Shown piece by piece: positions 47,909 to 59,019 of a DNA stretch of 64,000 bases; the first letter of the stretch is position 1, and every line of letters begins with the position of its first letter. The DNA comes from Desulfatiglandales bacterium (GTDB lineage Bacteria; Desulfobacterota; DSM-4660; Desulfatiglandales; HGW-15), in the NCBI GenBank assembly GCA_963667015.2, contig CAXXJJ010000004.1:864001-928000 (forward strand), in the 5' to 3' direction. Under the pieces are notes generated by a model, which saw nothing but the letters and a program-made list of their open reading frames with translations, ran no database searches and was not told where the DNA came from. The position numbers and the translations under genes are program-made.

Positions 47909-49987
47909 TTATTCTACGACATGTAAAGAAACAGCAGCCCCCTGTTTTTCCAAGCTATCAAATTCCTTTACAGGAATGGTTGTTTTTATATATGCATTAT
48001 CCATTAACTCATGGGAATCAACTGCATACAGATAAATCTCGGCTACCTTACCAAGTACAGGGAACAGATATGTTCCGGTTTTAGACAGGAATCCGTCTTG
48101 ATCTGATTTAGTCTTCCTTTCAAGGGCATCAAAGTTTTCTCTAATGTAATTCGCTAATACCGGAGCAAAGCCTTCGACATGAGTCTGTGCCCCCTTTAGA
48201 GCCTTTATCCAGTCTGTTACAGGCATATATACTGCTGTTCCATCTTTTTCTTTCCAATCCAGATGATACCCTGTAAGCTCGGACAGATCGATATTACCGA
48301 ATATACCGGAACCACCGCCTCCACCGCCTCCGCCAGTCGCAGGAGGATCAGCAGGGTCACCAGTAGCAGGCGGATCAGAAGAGACTACATGATCACCAAT
48401 GGCAACAATTTGGAAACTTCCTATATTAGGATCATTTGTCATAAATTTGAAAACACCTTTATATTCAGCTTGCCCGGGGACATCATCGTTTGCATTTGGA
48501 TTAAATGTGAACTTAAACTCTCTTGACTCGCCGGCCTGTATAATTTCTTCAAAATTGTGATCCAGATAACTTGGCTCTGTTATTGAAAAAACAAATCCGG
48601 TTGTTGAGCTTGGACTTGATATTTCGTTATATGAAACATAGTGTTGTATCCACCGACCATATATATTTAGAGCAGATTCACCCTGGTTTGAAAAACTTAA
48701 AGTAACTGATTTTGAATTGTCATCTGCAACATCTCCAAAATCCAATTCGTATTTAACCGACTCTGTTATAACAGTTCCGTTTATGGCCAGCTCAGGGGCA
48801 TTATTAGAATCTCTTTGACTAAATATAATTGTCGGATCCCCAAAAAAGTGTCTGGGATGTCCTGGATCAATATAAGAGTAGAGGTCAGCAAAAGAAAATC
48901 CCAAACCAAGTCCATAATAATTTGTCCTAAATTTTTCCTCCAAGTTATCTGAAAAATAAAGCGTGACCTCAGGATTCGCAATTACCAGCAAAGTATCTCC
49001 GGAAAATAATGCCTCACCAGCAAAATAATTCGGTGTAGTGAAATGACCATTGCTGCATGAGTCTAAATCGATCAATTTAACATGGGATGACTTATCGGCC
49101 AGTTCAACACTTGAAACATCAACAGCAGTGCATACATTTATTTCATCGCACTCTTTAAACTCCAATATAGTAGGCGCACCATGATTGTTGACATTTAAAA
49201 TCTCATAATTGCTCTCAAATGCATCCCAAAATGAGTCTATCTGGTCATATACTCCTGTATCAAATGAAATTGTAAGGTCTTCAATTGAGAAAAGAGGATG
49301 GTCCATGAGGAGATCGGAAAATATATCGTTAAAATCATCATATGTATTTCCCTCTTCGGCAATCCCAATCGAGCTGTGATAAAACATCTCTTTATTAAAA
49401 TATGAACTGTCATTCCTGAGCAGGTGATTCTTATTTAAATAGGATCTGATCTGGTTAATACCGGCTTCACCTTCTCTTGACGGATAGACTCTGCTAAGCC
49501 ATATATCCGGCATGCAGGCGGGTATTATGCTGAAATTGCTTGCGGCTTCAAAAACTCCATCCGTATCTTCATCTGTATAGGGACATTCATAAGAGATATA
49601 AGGATGATCAGATAATTGCTCATCAGAACCTGGGTATTGTATATAAGCTGGCGTAATTCTGCCGATTAAAAAAGCTCCCCATAAATTATTACTGTTAAAT
49701 GCATTGGCTAATGTTTGGCGTATTTCTAAAGCAGTCTTATTTTCATCAGAAATGATGACCTGGCTTTGAGAATTTGTATCCTGGCTGACATCTGCAATAA
49801 ATTGAGTTATCTCAGTCTGCAAATCATCATAAATATCGGAGTCCACAAGATAATAAACAGTTTTTTCCTGGCAAACGGCTAAATCAGGTTGTAAAAACCA
49901 ATACCCAATAGCGATAAAAATAAAAGAAATAAATAATGGTGTAAGTGATAAACGAGTTTTAAGAAGTTCTTTGAGGCTAATAATCAT
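47909..49987 (-). CDS. Secreted protein with a C25 (gingipain-like) peptidase domain and an Ig-like domain
   Basis: PDIWLSR, NNHG, DSCSNG and FGDP motifs. Confidence 0.7.
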   Translation of the reverse strand: MIISLKELLKTRLSLTPLFISFIFIAIGYWFLQPDLAVCQEKTVYYLVDSDIYDDLQTEITQFIADVSQDTNSQSQVIISDENKTALEIRQTLANAFNSNNLWGAFLIGRITPAYIQYPGSDEQLSDHPYISYECPYTDEDTDGVFEAASNFSIIPACMPDIWLSRVYPSREGEAGINQIRSYLNKNHLLRNDSSYFNKEMFYHSSIGIAEEGNTYDDFNDIFSDLLMDHPLFSIEDLTISFDTGVYDQIDSFWDAFESNYEILNVNNHGAPTILEFKECDEINVCTAVDVSSVELADKSSHVKLIDLDSCSNGHFTTPNYFAGEALFSGDTLLVIANPEVTLYFSDNLEEKFRTNYYGLGLGFSFADLYSYIDPGHPRHFFGDPTIIFSQRDSNNAPELAINGTVITESVKYELDFGDVADDNSKSVTLSFSNQGESALNIYGRWIQHYVSYNEISSPSSTTGFVFSITEPSYLDHNFEEIIQAGESREFKFTFNPNANDDVPGQAEYKGVFKFMTNDPNIGSFQIVAIGDHVVSSDPPATGDPADPPATGGGGGGGGSGIFGNIDLSELTGYHLDWKEKDGTAVYMPVTDWIKALKGAQTHVEGFAPVLANYIRENFDALERKTKSDQDGFLSKTGTYLFPVLGKVAEIYLYAVDSHELMDNAYIKTTIPVKEFDSLEKQGAAVSLHVVE

Positions 49988-50057
49988 GACCGCTCCTGTA
50001 GAAATAATCAGCTCTAAAAATCAGAATTATAGGAAATTCAAGCTTGAAAAAATAAAT

Positions 50058-50101
50058 AAAAAAACCAGTTTACTGAAACCTTAGAAAAGGCAGCAAACTG
50101 G
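50058..50101 (-). terminator. Terminator-like hairpin in the 5' leader
   Basis: Minus strand CCAGTTTGCTG...CAGTAAACTGG followed by T7. Confidence 0.55.
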
Positions 50102-50551
50102 GCTTTGTTTTTAATATAGGGGCATAATTCAAACACAGATTTAATCCAGCTTAAAAGGAACTCTCAACTGATAAATATAAAATTCTAGTTCGCGCAAAAG
50201 TTTTATAAGTTATTTTGCCCACTAACTTGAGGCATCGAATAGATTTCGTTGTATTTTAAGTAAAATTAAGATATTTTTAACTTTTCATTATTTCATATCA
50301 AACAGAAAAGCTGAACACTCCTATTAATGCTGGTACTGATATAAGTCAAGAATGAAATAAGTCACCTTTCATTTTAATAGCAATATGCTACTCAGATTCA
50401 CTTTTCTTTTTTTTACAGGGGCGTTTTTGTAACTTAAAAGCCAAAAAAGCAAAATTATTTTCCTATATTCAAATCCGTTATCATGAATTTTCCTTGACTT
50501 TTACACTGCCTTCAATATTCTTGGATTTTATTCATCTCTATCCATACTTCT

Positions 50552-50696
50552 ATATCCATTCATAATTTATGGATGGAGCTTTCAGCAGTCAGCTATCAGC
50601 TGTCAATCAAGCCTTTGTTTTAAATTCCTTTTGCTGAAAGCTAAGCGCTGATGGCTGATCGCGGCCATCCAAAAACGACAGTTTTTGGATGTACAC
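50552..50696. repeat. MITE-like element, copy 2
   Basis: Shares GGATGGAGCTTTCAGC...CAAAAACGA.AGTTTTTGGAT with 37680-37832. Confidence 0.7.
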
Positions 50697-50771
50697 CAAT
50701 TAACAACCTCCCCTGCTGTTTCTGTTTAAACGGGGATTTCGAGTAGTTTTTTTCTTAAAAGGAGGTTTTAA

Positions 50772-52715
50772 ATGGCAACATGGCATGATTATCTTAAGGA
50801 GCAGCGACAACCCCCAAAATGGCCCTACCCTGTTAAATTCGGTGAAGAACAGGAAATAGAGACCGATGTCCTTATTATTGGCGGAGGAATAGCCGGCTGC
50901 TGGGCAGCAATAAGCGCTGCAAGGGAAGGTCTCAAGGTCACACTTGTTGAAAAGGGGGATACAATACGAAGCGGCGCTGGCGGGCCGGGTTGTGATCACT
51001 GGTGTGATGTTCCGGCTAATCCCCACTCTAGGGTTACCCCTGATGACTGGGCAAAACATATGGCAGACCGCCCCTATTCCAATGGTATAGGGCATCAGAT
51101 TCAGTGCCGTGAAGACTATGACACCCTTCTTGAGATGGAGCAGATGGGAGGGAAAATCCGTGACACTGACGATGAATATGTGGGTGCGGAAGGAAGATAT
51201 GACGATACAAAATTAATGATATCCCCCAGATATGGTACAATCCACAGCTTTGGCCCTGACCCCAATATGCTTGAACCCAACTTTAACCCGCCCGAAGAAA
51301 GAAACAATGTAGTTATAAGAATATGGGGAACCACCTTTAAACCAGCCCTTAAAAAGGAATGCAAACGCCTTGGCGTTCAGATATTCGACCGGGTTATGGG
51401 AACCAGCCTGTTAAATGAGGACGGGGTCCAGGGCTCACGTGTTATAGGCGCAACAGGCATAAACAGCAGGACAGGAGAGTTCATGATCTTCAAGGCAAAG
51501 GCAACTGTAATATCTACCGCCGGGGGCGGAATGATCTGGCAGATGAGCACAGAGCTTTGCGGATATTCAACCATGTATAACCGCGCCATGTCAGGTGACG
51601 GGACCATAATGGCATACAGGGCCGGCGCAGAGCTTGTTAACATGGAGGCCACGGGTGCAATACGCATAGCAACCGGCTGGAAGCACAAATGGTACTCGGG
51701 CGCAGGTGATGCCAGCTATGAGAATGTCCCGATTGTTGATGCGAAGGGTAAAAGGGTGCCCTATCCGATACAAGGCTGGGAAGATGCAGGGGCCATGTCG
51801 GCCCTTCCACATATTCAGGAAAAAATCAATAAAGCTGTAAAAAATGGAGAGTATGAGCTTCCCCTTTATGGTGACTGGCCTTCAATGTCCGATGTTGAGA
51901 GAAGATCCACATGGGACCTGATGCTAAAAGAAGAATCCACAACAAAGATAATTATGGATACCTTTAACCAGGCAGGATTTGACGGAAGCAGAGACCTTCA
52001 GCAAAGCTACAAACATATAGAAGGCCAGAGTCCTCCGCAGTGGCGGGAACCCTTTCATGGCGGCGGCGTTATGATTGACTGGGACCTCAAGACAACTATT
52101 GACGGCCTATATGCCGCAGGAAACCAGATGTTCTCACCCGAAGATCACAGCCATGCCGCCTCAACAGGCAGATACGCCGGCAGAAAAGCTGCGGCATATG
52201 CAAAGGAGACCGGCAGCAGCACGATTTCACGTGACCAGATAGAAAAGGAAAAGGCCAGGGTCTATGCCCCTGTCAAGCGTGATTCGGGTATTGAATGGAA
52301 GGAATTCCATGCAGGTCTTGCAAGGACAATGCAGTACTATTGCAGTGAATTCAAGACAGAACGGCTCTTTAACATGGGGCTCTGGGCGCTTGATAAAATT
52401 GAGCGGGAAACAGTTCCCATGCTCTATGCCCTTGATCCCCACAAACTCATGCGCACCCTTGAAGACCTTACAATGCTGGAACACGCAAAGGTTATTCTCA
52501 ATGCGTCACTCGCCAGAAAGGCAAGCAGCATGATGCTTGGATTTAACAGGATAGATTATCCTGAAATGGACCCGCCCGAGTGGAACAAGATGCTCACCAT
52601 ACGGCAGGAAAATGGAAAAGCAGTCACAGGCGAAGTTCCGCAGGGATTCTGGGGCAACCAGAAGGAAGAGTATGAGAAGAGGAACAGTGACTATCAGGGG
52701 GTATATAGAGGATAA
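50772..52715 (+). CDS. FAD-dependent oxidoreductase, AprA/SdhA superfamily
   Basis: GGGIAG Rossmann motif, RSGA, RIDYPE. Confidence 0.9.
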   Translation: MATWHDYLKEQRQPPKWPYPVKFGEEQEIETDVLIIGGGIAGCWAAISAAREGLKVTLVEKGDTIRSGAGGPGCDHWCDVPANPHSRVTPDDWAKHMADRPYSNGIGHQIQCREDYDTLLEMEQMGGKIRDTDDEYVGAEGRYDDTKLMISPRYGTIHSFGPDPNMLEPNFNPPEERNNVVIRIWGTTFKPALKKECKRLGVQIFDRVMGTSLLNEDGVQGSRVIGATGINSRTGEFMIFKAKATVISTAGGGMIWQMSTELCGYSTMYNRAMSGDGTIMAYRAGAELVNMEATGAIRIATGWKHKWYSGAGDASYENVPIVDAKGKRVPYPIQGWEDAGAMSALPHIQEKINKAVKNGEYELPLYGDWPSMSDVERRSTWDLMLKEESTTKIIMDTFNQAGFDGSRDLQQSYKHIEGQSPPQWREPFHGGGVMIDWDLKTTIDGLYAAGNQMFSPEDHSHAASTGRYAGRKAAAYAKETGSSTISRDQIEKEKARVYAPVKRDSGIEWKEFHAGLARTMQYYCSEFKTERLFNMGLWALDKIERETVPMLYALDPHKLMRTLEDLTMLEHAKVILNASLARKASSMMLGFNRIDYPEMDPPEWNKMLTIRQENGKAVTGEVPQGFWGNQKEEYEKRNSDYQGVYRG

Positions 52716-52856
52716 ATAGGTTTTCCCTGTCTTCAGAATAAATTAGTGAATAAAGGGTTCCGGGGGCCAAGGGTTCTAGGGTTCAAGTAAAAGCTTAAAA
52801 ACCAATTTTGAATATTGAATATTGAATTTTAAATATAATTTTATCGGAGGTTAACT

Positions 52857-53153
52857 ATGTCTCAAAATGAATTATTCGCCATTCCAAATGTAACCACACC
52901 CAATCAACCGGTTATTTTCAATCCGGAAAGGTGCAACGGGTGCAACCACTGCGTGGAAGTATGTCCCATAGATGTTTATATCCCTAACCCCGAAAAGGGA
53001 AAACCGCCGATTATTCTTCATCAGGATGAATGCTGGTATTGCGGCTGCTGCGCAAATGACTGTCCCAGGCCCGGTGCAATAAAGTTCAACTGGCCTTTAC
53101 AGTCACGCGCCTACTGGAAAAATAAAGAAACCGGTGAAATCGGACAGATATAA
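52857..53153 (+). CDS. 2x[4Fe-4S] ferredoxin, AprB-like
   Basis: CNGCNHCVEVCP and ECWYCGCCANDCP. Confidence 0.92.
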   Translation: MSQNELFAIPNVTTPNQPVIFNPERCNGCNHCVEVCPIDVYIPNPEKGKPPIILHQDECWYCGCCANDCPRPGAIKFNWPLQSRAYWKNKETGEIGQI

Positions 53154-53165
53154 GGGGGGATTATT

Positions 53166-55109
53166 ATGGCAAACTGGCATGATTATTTAAAGAGCAATGG
53201 AACACCACCAATCTGGCCCTACCCTGTTCGATATGAACAGGAAAATGAGGTGGAATGCGACATACTGGTAGTTGGCGGCGGAATAGCAGGCTGCTGGGCA
53301 GCAATAAGCGCTGCAAGACAGGGTCTTAAAGTTGCACTGGTTGAAAAGGGTGATACCATAAGAAGCGGTTCAGGTGGACCGGGTTGTGACCACTGGTGCA
53401 ATGCTCCGGCAAATCCTCTTTCCCGTGTTGATCCTGATGAGTGGGCAGTTCACATGGCCGACAGACCCTATGCCAACGGGATAGGTATACAGATTCAGTG
53501 CCGTGAAGACTATGACACCCTGCTCGAGATGGAGCAGATGGGCGGCAAGATACGTGACACTGATGATGAATATGTGGGAGCGGAAGGCAGGGATGACAAA
53601 ACCAAACTCATGATTTCACCACGCTACGGGACAATACACAGTTATGCACCGGACCCCAATATGGGAAAACCCGGATTCAATCCCCCGGAAGAGCGAAATA
53701 ACGTTGTTATCCGCATATGGGGTTCAAACTTTAAACCCACACTAAAAAAAGAGTGTAAAAGGCTGGGGGTACAGATATTCGACAGGGTCATGGGAACCAG
53801 CCTTTTAACAGAAGACGGCATACAGGGCGGCCGGGTTATAGGAGCAACGGGTCTGAACAGCCGGACCGGCGAATTCATGATATTTAAATCAAAGGCTACT
53901 ATTATATCCACTGCCGGAGGAGGGTCCATATGGCTCATGAACAGTGAGCTCTGCGGAATGTCGAGCATGCAGTCCCGAACCTCATCAGGAGACGGCTTTA
54001 TAATGGCCTGGAAGGCAGGGGCCGAACTGGTTGATATGGAATCCATGGGTATGATAGGCATTGCAACCGGCCTTAAGCACAAATGGTATACCGGGGCCGG
54101 TGACGCCAGTTATGAAAATGTTCCCCTTGTTGATGCCAACGGCAAGAGGGTTCCCTTACCGATCCAGGGATGGGAGGATGCGGGCGCAATGGTCCCTACC
54201 CCTGAAACACAGGCAAAAGTCCGCGAAGGTATCATGAAGGGGGAATATGAACTTCCCTTTTATGGTGACTGGCCCTCAATGTCTGATGTAGAGAGGAGGG
54301 CCACGTGGAACCTGATGCTGGGAGAAGAATCCACAACAAAGATAATAATAGACACATTTAACCAGGCAGGTTTTGACGGAAGCAGGGATCTTCAGCAGAG
54401 TTACAAATTCCTTGAAGGCGAGAGTATGCCACAGTGGCATAGTCCCGGCAGAGGAGGTCTGCTGGTTGACTGGAACCTTAAAAGTTCCCTTGACGGACTT
54501 TATGTTGCAGGCTCATCAATGTTTTCACCTGAAGATCACAGCTATTGTGCTGCAACAGGAAGATATGCAGGAAGAAAGGCTGCCGCATATGTAAAAGAGG
54601 TAGATCATGGCAGGGTATCCAGGGATCAGATAGAAAAGGAAAAGGCCAGAGTATATGCCCCTGTGAGACGTGATAACGGTATTGAATGGAAAGAACTGCA
54701 TGCAGGACTTGCAAGGGCCATGCAGTATTATGCAAGCGAATTCAAGACCGAAAGACTTTTCAGGATGGGACTGGGCGCACTTGAAAAGATAGAAAAGGAA
54801 GCAGTTCCAAATCTTTATGCCCTTGATCCCCATAAACTCATGAGAAGCCTTGAAGACATTTCCATGATAGAACATGCAAAGATCATACTTAATGCATCTA
54901 TTGCAAGAAAGGCCAGCAGCAAACCGCTTGGCTTTGAAAGAATAGACTATCCGGAAATTGATCCGCCTGAATGGAACAAATACTCCACAATAAAACTTGA
55001 AAACGATGAAATAAAAATCAATTACAGGCCGCAGCAGTTCTGGGGTAATATGAAAGAGCAGTATGAGAAATATAACCGGGATTATGAGGGGGTATATAAG
55101 GGAAAATAA
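53166..55109 (+). CDS. FAD-dependent oxidoreductase, paralog of 50772-52715
   Basis: Same length (647 aa) and colinear. Confidence 0.9.
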   Translation: MANWHDYLKSNGTPPIWPYPVRYEQENEVECDILVVGGGIAGCWAAISAARQGLKVALVEKGDTIRSGSGGPGCDHWCNAPANPLSRVDPDEWAVHMADRPYANGIGIQIQCREDYDTLLEMEQMGGKIRDTDDEYVGAEGRDDKTKLMISPRYGTIHSYAPDPNMGKPGFNPPEERNNVVIRIWGSNFKPTLKKECKRLGVQIFDRVMGTSLLTEDGIQGGRVIGATGLNSRTGEFMIFKSKATIISTAGGGSIWLMNSELCGMSSMQSRTSSGDGFIMAWKAGAELVDMESMGMIGIATGLKHKWYTGAGDASYENVPLVDANGKRVPLPIQGWEDAGAMVPTPETQAKVREGIMKGEYELPFYGDWPSMSDVERRATWNLMLGEESTTKIIIDTFNQAGFDGSRDLQQSYKFLEGESMPQWHSPGRGGLLVDWNLKSSLDGLYVAGSSMFSPEDHSYCAATGRYAGRKAAAYVKEVDHGRVSRDQIEKEKARVYAPVRRDNGIEWKELHAGLARAMQYYASEFKTERLFRMGLGALEKIEKEAVPNLYALDPHKLMRSLEDISMIEHAKIILNASIARKASSKPLGFERIDYPEIDPPEWNKYSTIKLENDEIKINYRPQQFWGNMKEQYEKYNRDYEGVYKGK

Positions 55110-55386
55110 GTAAATCTGTGAGATAGTCTAGATTTAATCGGGAATATGCGGGCGGCCACAGGGGGCCGCCCCTGCAACATCAAACATTGTTTTTCTCCAA
55201 TTATACACCACTTTCCAAATAAAAATATACAGGTTCAAAAACAGACCTTAATCTATTCTTAATATTAATACACATCTAATTAATTTAAACCCAAACAACA
55301 AAACTCTTTCCTTTACCGTCCTTTTTCTAGTATGGTGCCGCAGATTAATTTTCGAAAAAAAATCAGCAGGATATAAAAAAGAATAG

Positions 55387-56754
55387 ATGGAAAGAAAAAA
55401 ATACAATAAAAGTGTCCTCGACACAGATCAGATAGGACAATTACTGTTAAAATTATCAACGCCTGTATTTTTTGGCATGTTTGTCCAGTCACTTTATAAT
55501 GTAATAAGTGCTGTCTTTATTGGCCATTATGTTGGCCCCTTTGGGATAGCTGCGCTCTCCCTTGCCTTTCCCCTTCAGATGATGGGGATGGGACTTGGAA
55601 TGATGTCAGGTATAGGAGGAATGTCTTTAATCTCCAGGTCTTTAGGATCAGGAGAAGAAGACAGGGCGGAAAAGGCGCTTGGCAACGGTATCGCCCTGGC
55701 AGTGATATTGAGCGCACTTATTGTTATCGGCCTGATGCCTTTCCTCTCATTCTGGCTCAGGCTGATGGGTGCATCAAATAATGTTCTCCCCTATGCACAG
55801 GAGTACATGATTTATGTTACTCCCGGTTTTATATTTGTCATAATAACCACCTCACTGCTTAACTTCACGCGGGCCGAAGGAAATGCCAGGGTAAGCTCCA
55901 TTGCCATGGTGCTGGGTGCGCTTATAGATATTGCCCTTTGTTTTATTTTTATAGTCTGGCTGAAAATGGGTGTTAAAGGAGCAGGCCTTGCGACATTTAT
56001 TGCCCAGTTATGCTCTATGGTTTACCTTTTTAATTTTTACAGGTCCGGAAAAAATTATTTAAATATCAGGTTAGTCAATTTAATACCGGACATTAAAATA
56101 ATGAAGGAAATTTCAGGGATTGGTCTTGGCGCATTCATTCAGACTTTTGCCACCAGCCTTGCCGCCATGACCCTGTTCAAGATGGCTGTAAACTACGGCG
56201 GGGACTATGCCCTCAGTGCATTTGGAATCGCTCAGAGAATACTGATGTTTATAACCATGCCGGCAATGGTGCTCAGCCAGGGAGTTCAACCCATACTTGG
56301 TTTCAATTACGGGGCAAAACGTTTTAAACTGGTTATAAAATCAATGAACCTTGCAATAGGGTGGTCCCTTGTTTTTGGAACAGCAGGGTTTCTGGCCGTA
56401 TATTTTACCCCGGAGCCCTTTATAAGGATCTTCACCGATGACCCCGAACTTATAAAAATAAGTATAGCTACAAACCACCACATGTTCATGGCCCTGCCCC
56501 TGCTTGGCCCGCTTCATATCGGCACCATGATATTTCAGGCCATAGGCAGGGCAAAACAGGCATTTATAACCGCTATTGGAAGGCCTGTTTTATTCCTTCT
56601 TCCCTCTGCCTTGATCTGGACACATTTTTTCAAATTAAAGGGGGTCTGGCTTGCATTTCCGTCAACGGATGTCCTGACATTTATACTTGTAACCGTACTT
56701 ATGCTGCCAATCTTAAAAGAATTCAGAAAAGGCGCATCTCAGACTCAGATATAG
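55387..56754 (+). CDS. MATE family efflux transporter
   Basis: Multiple TM segments; RAEGNA, GVKGAGLAT, GFNYGAK. Confidence 0.93.
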   Translation: MERKKYNKSVLDTDQIGQLLLKLSTPVFFGMFVQSLYNVISAVFIGHYVGPFGIAALSLAFPLQMMGMGLGMMSGIGGMSLISRSLGSGEEDRAEKALGNGIALAVILSALIVIGLMPFLSFWLRLMGASNNVLPYAQEYMIYVTPGFIFVIITTSLLNFTRAEGNARVSSIAMVLGALIDIALCFIFIVWLKMGVKGAGLATFIAQLCSMVYLFNFYRSGKNYLNIRLVNLIPDIKIMKEISGIGLGAFIQTFATSLAAMTLFKMAVNYGGDYALSAFGIAQRILMFITMPAMVLSQGVQPILGFNYGAKRFKLVIKSMNLAIGWSLVFGTAGFLAVYFTPEPFIRIFTDDPELIKISIATNHHMFMALPLLGPLHIGTMIFQAIGRAKQAFITAIGRPVLFLLPSALIWTHFFKLKGVWLAFPSTDVLTFILVTVLMLPILKEFRKGASQTQI

Positions 56755-57068
56755 CGGAGAAGAAAGATTGAACATGAAGGCTGAAATCCGAAACCGATTC
56801 CGGGGTTTTCGGATTTCACAAAAGAATATGACACATATTGATTCAAAGACCAAACTATTATATAAAGACGGTTATTAGTATTCAAAAACAGGGGGATATT
56901 GTTCAAATGAATATAACGGGTTCCCATAGGCGTCTTTACATGTAGTCATTCAGACGCCCCCCTTTTTTTATTTCAGATATATCAAATTGCCTCCTGCCCT
57001 TTCTTGTTAAATATGGAAGGCAGTATTAAAAATATAACTCTTTGAGCCTAAAGATCCGGGAGATTTAA

Positions 57069-58997
57069 ATGAAACAATATGGTTATGCCGGAAATATCCT
57101 GAAAGCGGACCTGTCAAGCGGCAGTATAAGTACCCTTGAGACTTCAGATTATTCTGACAGATTTATCGGAGGCAGAGGAATTGCAGCAAAACTCTACTGG
57201 GACTTTGTTCCCCCCGAAGCAAAGGCCCTGGACCCGGAGAACTGCCTTATATGTACAACAGGACCAGTGGCAGGTTTTAACGGGTTTGCAGGATCACGAT
57301 GGCAGATCTGCGGAAAATCGCCCCAGGGAGACAGAGAGACCTTTTCATATGCCAACCTCGGTGGAAGATGGGGTATAACGCTCAAATACGCCGGATATGA
57401 CGGTCTGGTAATACAGGGAAGAGCTGATAAACCGGTATACATTTATATAAAGAATGACACGATCGAAATAAGGGATGCTTCACAGTTATGGGGCAAGTCG
57501 GCCTTTGATACTTCTGACACCTTAAAAAAGGACCTTGGAAAGGATTTCAGTGTCCTCACAATCGGTAAGGCAGCAGAAAATCTCGTAGTTTTTGCCACAA
57601 TACTTGCGGAAGACGGCTCTTCCGGGTCGGCAGGGCTTGGTGCGGTCATGGGTTCAAAGAACCTGAAGGCTGTTGTTGTTGCCGGAGATAAAAGACCGGA
57701 GGCTGCAGATAAGGATAAATTAAAGGACCTGGCAAAACAGATCCGGGAAATCCATAAAATAGCCGATCACGACGAAGGCATGTGGAAGATAAATGATTCA
57801 TTTAAAAAGCATATCTGCTATGGCTGCGGTATCGGATGCGGCCGCTATAAATACCCGGATTCAAACGGTAAAAAACGTAAATCCTTCTGCCAGGCGATGA
57901 TGTTTTACCTAATGCCTATTCTGGCATATTCCGGGAAGGACAACCCCGAGACGCGAATGCTTGCCTCCAGGCTATGTGATAACTATGGACTGGATACCTC
58001 TGTAATGCACGGGATGGTGGAGTGGCTCTCCCACTGCCATAAAGACGGCACCCTGACCGAAGAAGATACAGGCCTCCCGCTGTCAAAGATAGGAACGTCT
58101 GAATTCATTGAAATCCTCACGGAAAAAATAGCCTTAAGGCAGGGTTTCGGGGATCTTCTTGCAAAGGGGACCATAGAGGCTGCCGAATCCATAGGTGAAG
58201 ATGCTAAAAAACACCTTGGATATTGTGTGGCTACCAGAAACAGCGAAACAAAGGATTATGATCCAAGGCTCATGCCTGCAACAGCCCTTATCTATGCAAT
58301 GGAACCACGAAGACCAATTCAGACACTCCATGAACCGGTATCACTCCTGTTCAACTGGGTAGATTGGGCAAACAAAAAAGAGAACGCCTATTTCTCAAGC
58401 GAGGTTTTCAGGAAGTATGCAAAACGAATCTGGGGAAGTGAAGAGGCTGCTGATTTTACCAGCATGGATGGAATAGCCCTTGCATCAAAAAAGGCCCGCG
58501 ACAGGGCCTATGTAAAGGAGAGCCTGATCCTGTGTGATCTGAGCTGGATGTCAATTTGGGCCGACTATTTCACAAGACATATAGATCAGCCCGCCCTTGA
58601 ATGGCAGATATTTTCCGCTGTAACCGGAATAGATGTGGATGAGGCGGGACTGAACAGGCTGGGAGAAAGAAACGTCAACATACAGAGGGCAATTCTTCTA
58701 AGGCAGGGATGGGATGGAAGAAACGACGATCAGATGATGGATTACTATTTCACTCAACCGCTTAAAAAAAGGGAACTCTTCTGCGATCCTGAATGTATAG
58801 TCCCTGGCAAAGATGGTGAGATTGTATGTGTGGAAGGCAGGACATTTGACAGGCATGACTTTGAAAAACTGAAGGACGACTATTATGAACTTCGCGGCTG
58901 GGATGTTGAGACAGGTCTGCCAAAGGCCGCAACACTCAGGGATTTTGGCCTGGAAGATGTTGCCATGGATCTTGGAAAGCGTGGATTGTTAAAATAG
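57069..58997 (+). CDS. Aldehyde:ferredoxin oxidoreductase family protein
   Basis: IGGRG, LKYAGYDG, GAVMGSKNLKA, CYGC..GC, YYELRGWD. Confidence 0.93.
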   Translation: MKQYGYAGNILKADLSSGSISTLETSDYSDRFIGGRGIAAKLYWDFVPPEAKALDPENCLICTTGPVAGFNGFAGSRWQICGKSPQGDRETFSYANLGGRWGITLKYAGYDGLVIQGRADKPVYIYIKNDTIEIRDASQLWGKSAFDTSDTLKKDLGKDFSVLTIGKAAENLVVFATILAEDGSSGSAGLGAVMGSKNLKAVVVAGDKRPEAADKDKLKDLAKQIREIHKIADHDEGMWKINDSFKKHICYGCGIGCGRYKYPDSNGKKRKSFCQAMMFYLMPILAYSGKDNPETRMLASRLCDNYGLDTSVMHGMVEWLSHCHKDGTLTEEDTGLPLSKIGTSEFIEILTEKIALRQGFGDLLAKGTIEAAESIGEDAKKHLGYCVATRNSETKDYDPRLMPATALIYAMEPRRPIQTLHEPVSLLFNWVDWANKKENAYFSSEVFRKYAKRIWGSEEAADFTSMDGIALASKKARDRAYVKESLILCDLSWMSIWADYFTRHIDQPALEWQIFSAVTGIDVDEAGLNRLGERNVNIQRAILLRQGWDGRNDDQMMDYYFTQPLKKRELFCDPECIVPGKDGEIVCVEGRTFDRHDFEKLKDDYYELRGWDVETGLPKAATLRDFGLEDVAMDLGKRGLLK

Positions 58998-59019
58998 GAG
59001 AAAGGCGGTTAATATAAAA

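Noticed and set aside
50100..50260. c-di-GMP riboswitch
   Set aside because: A GGCAAA is present but the GAAA/GACGCAAAG core is missing.
52755..52830. Short heptamer repeats (AGGGTTC, TTGAATA)
   Set aside because: Low-complexity intergenic repeats with no supportable function.
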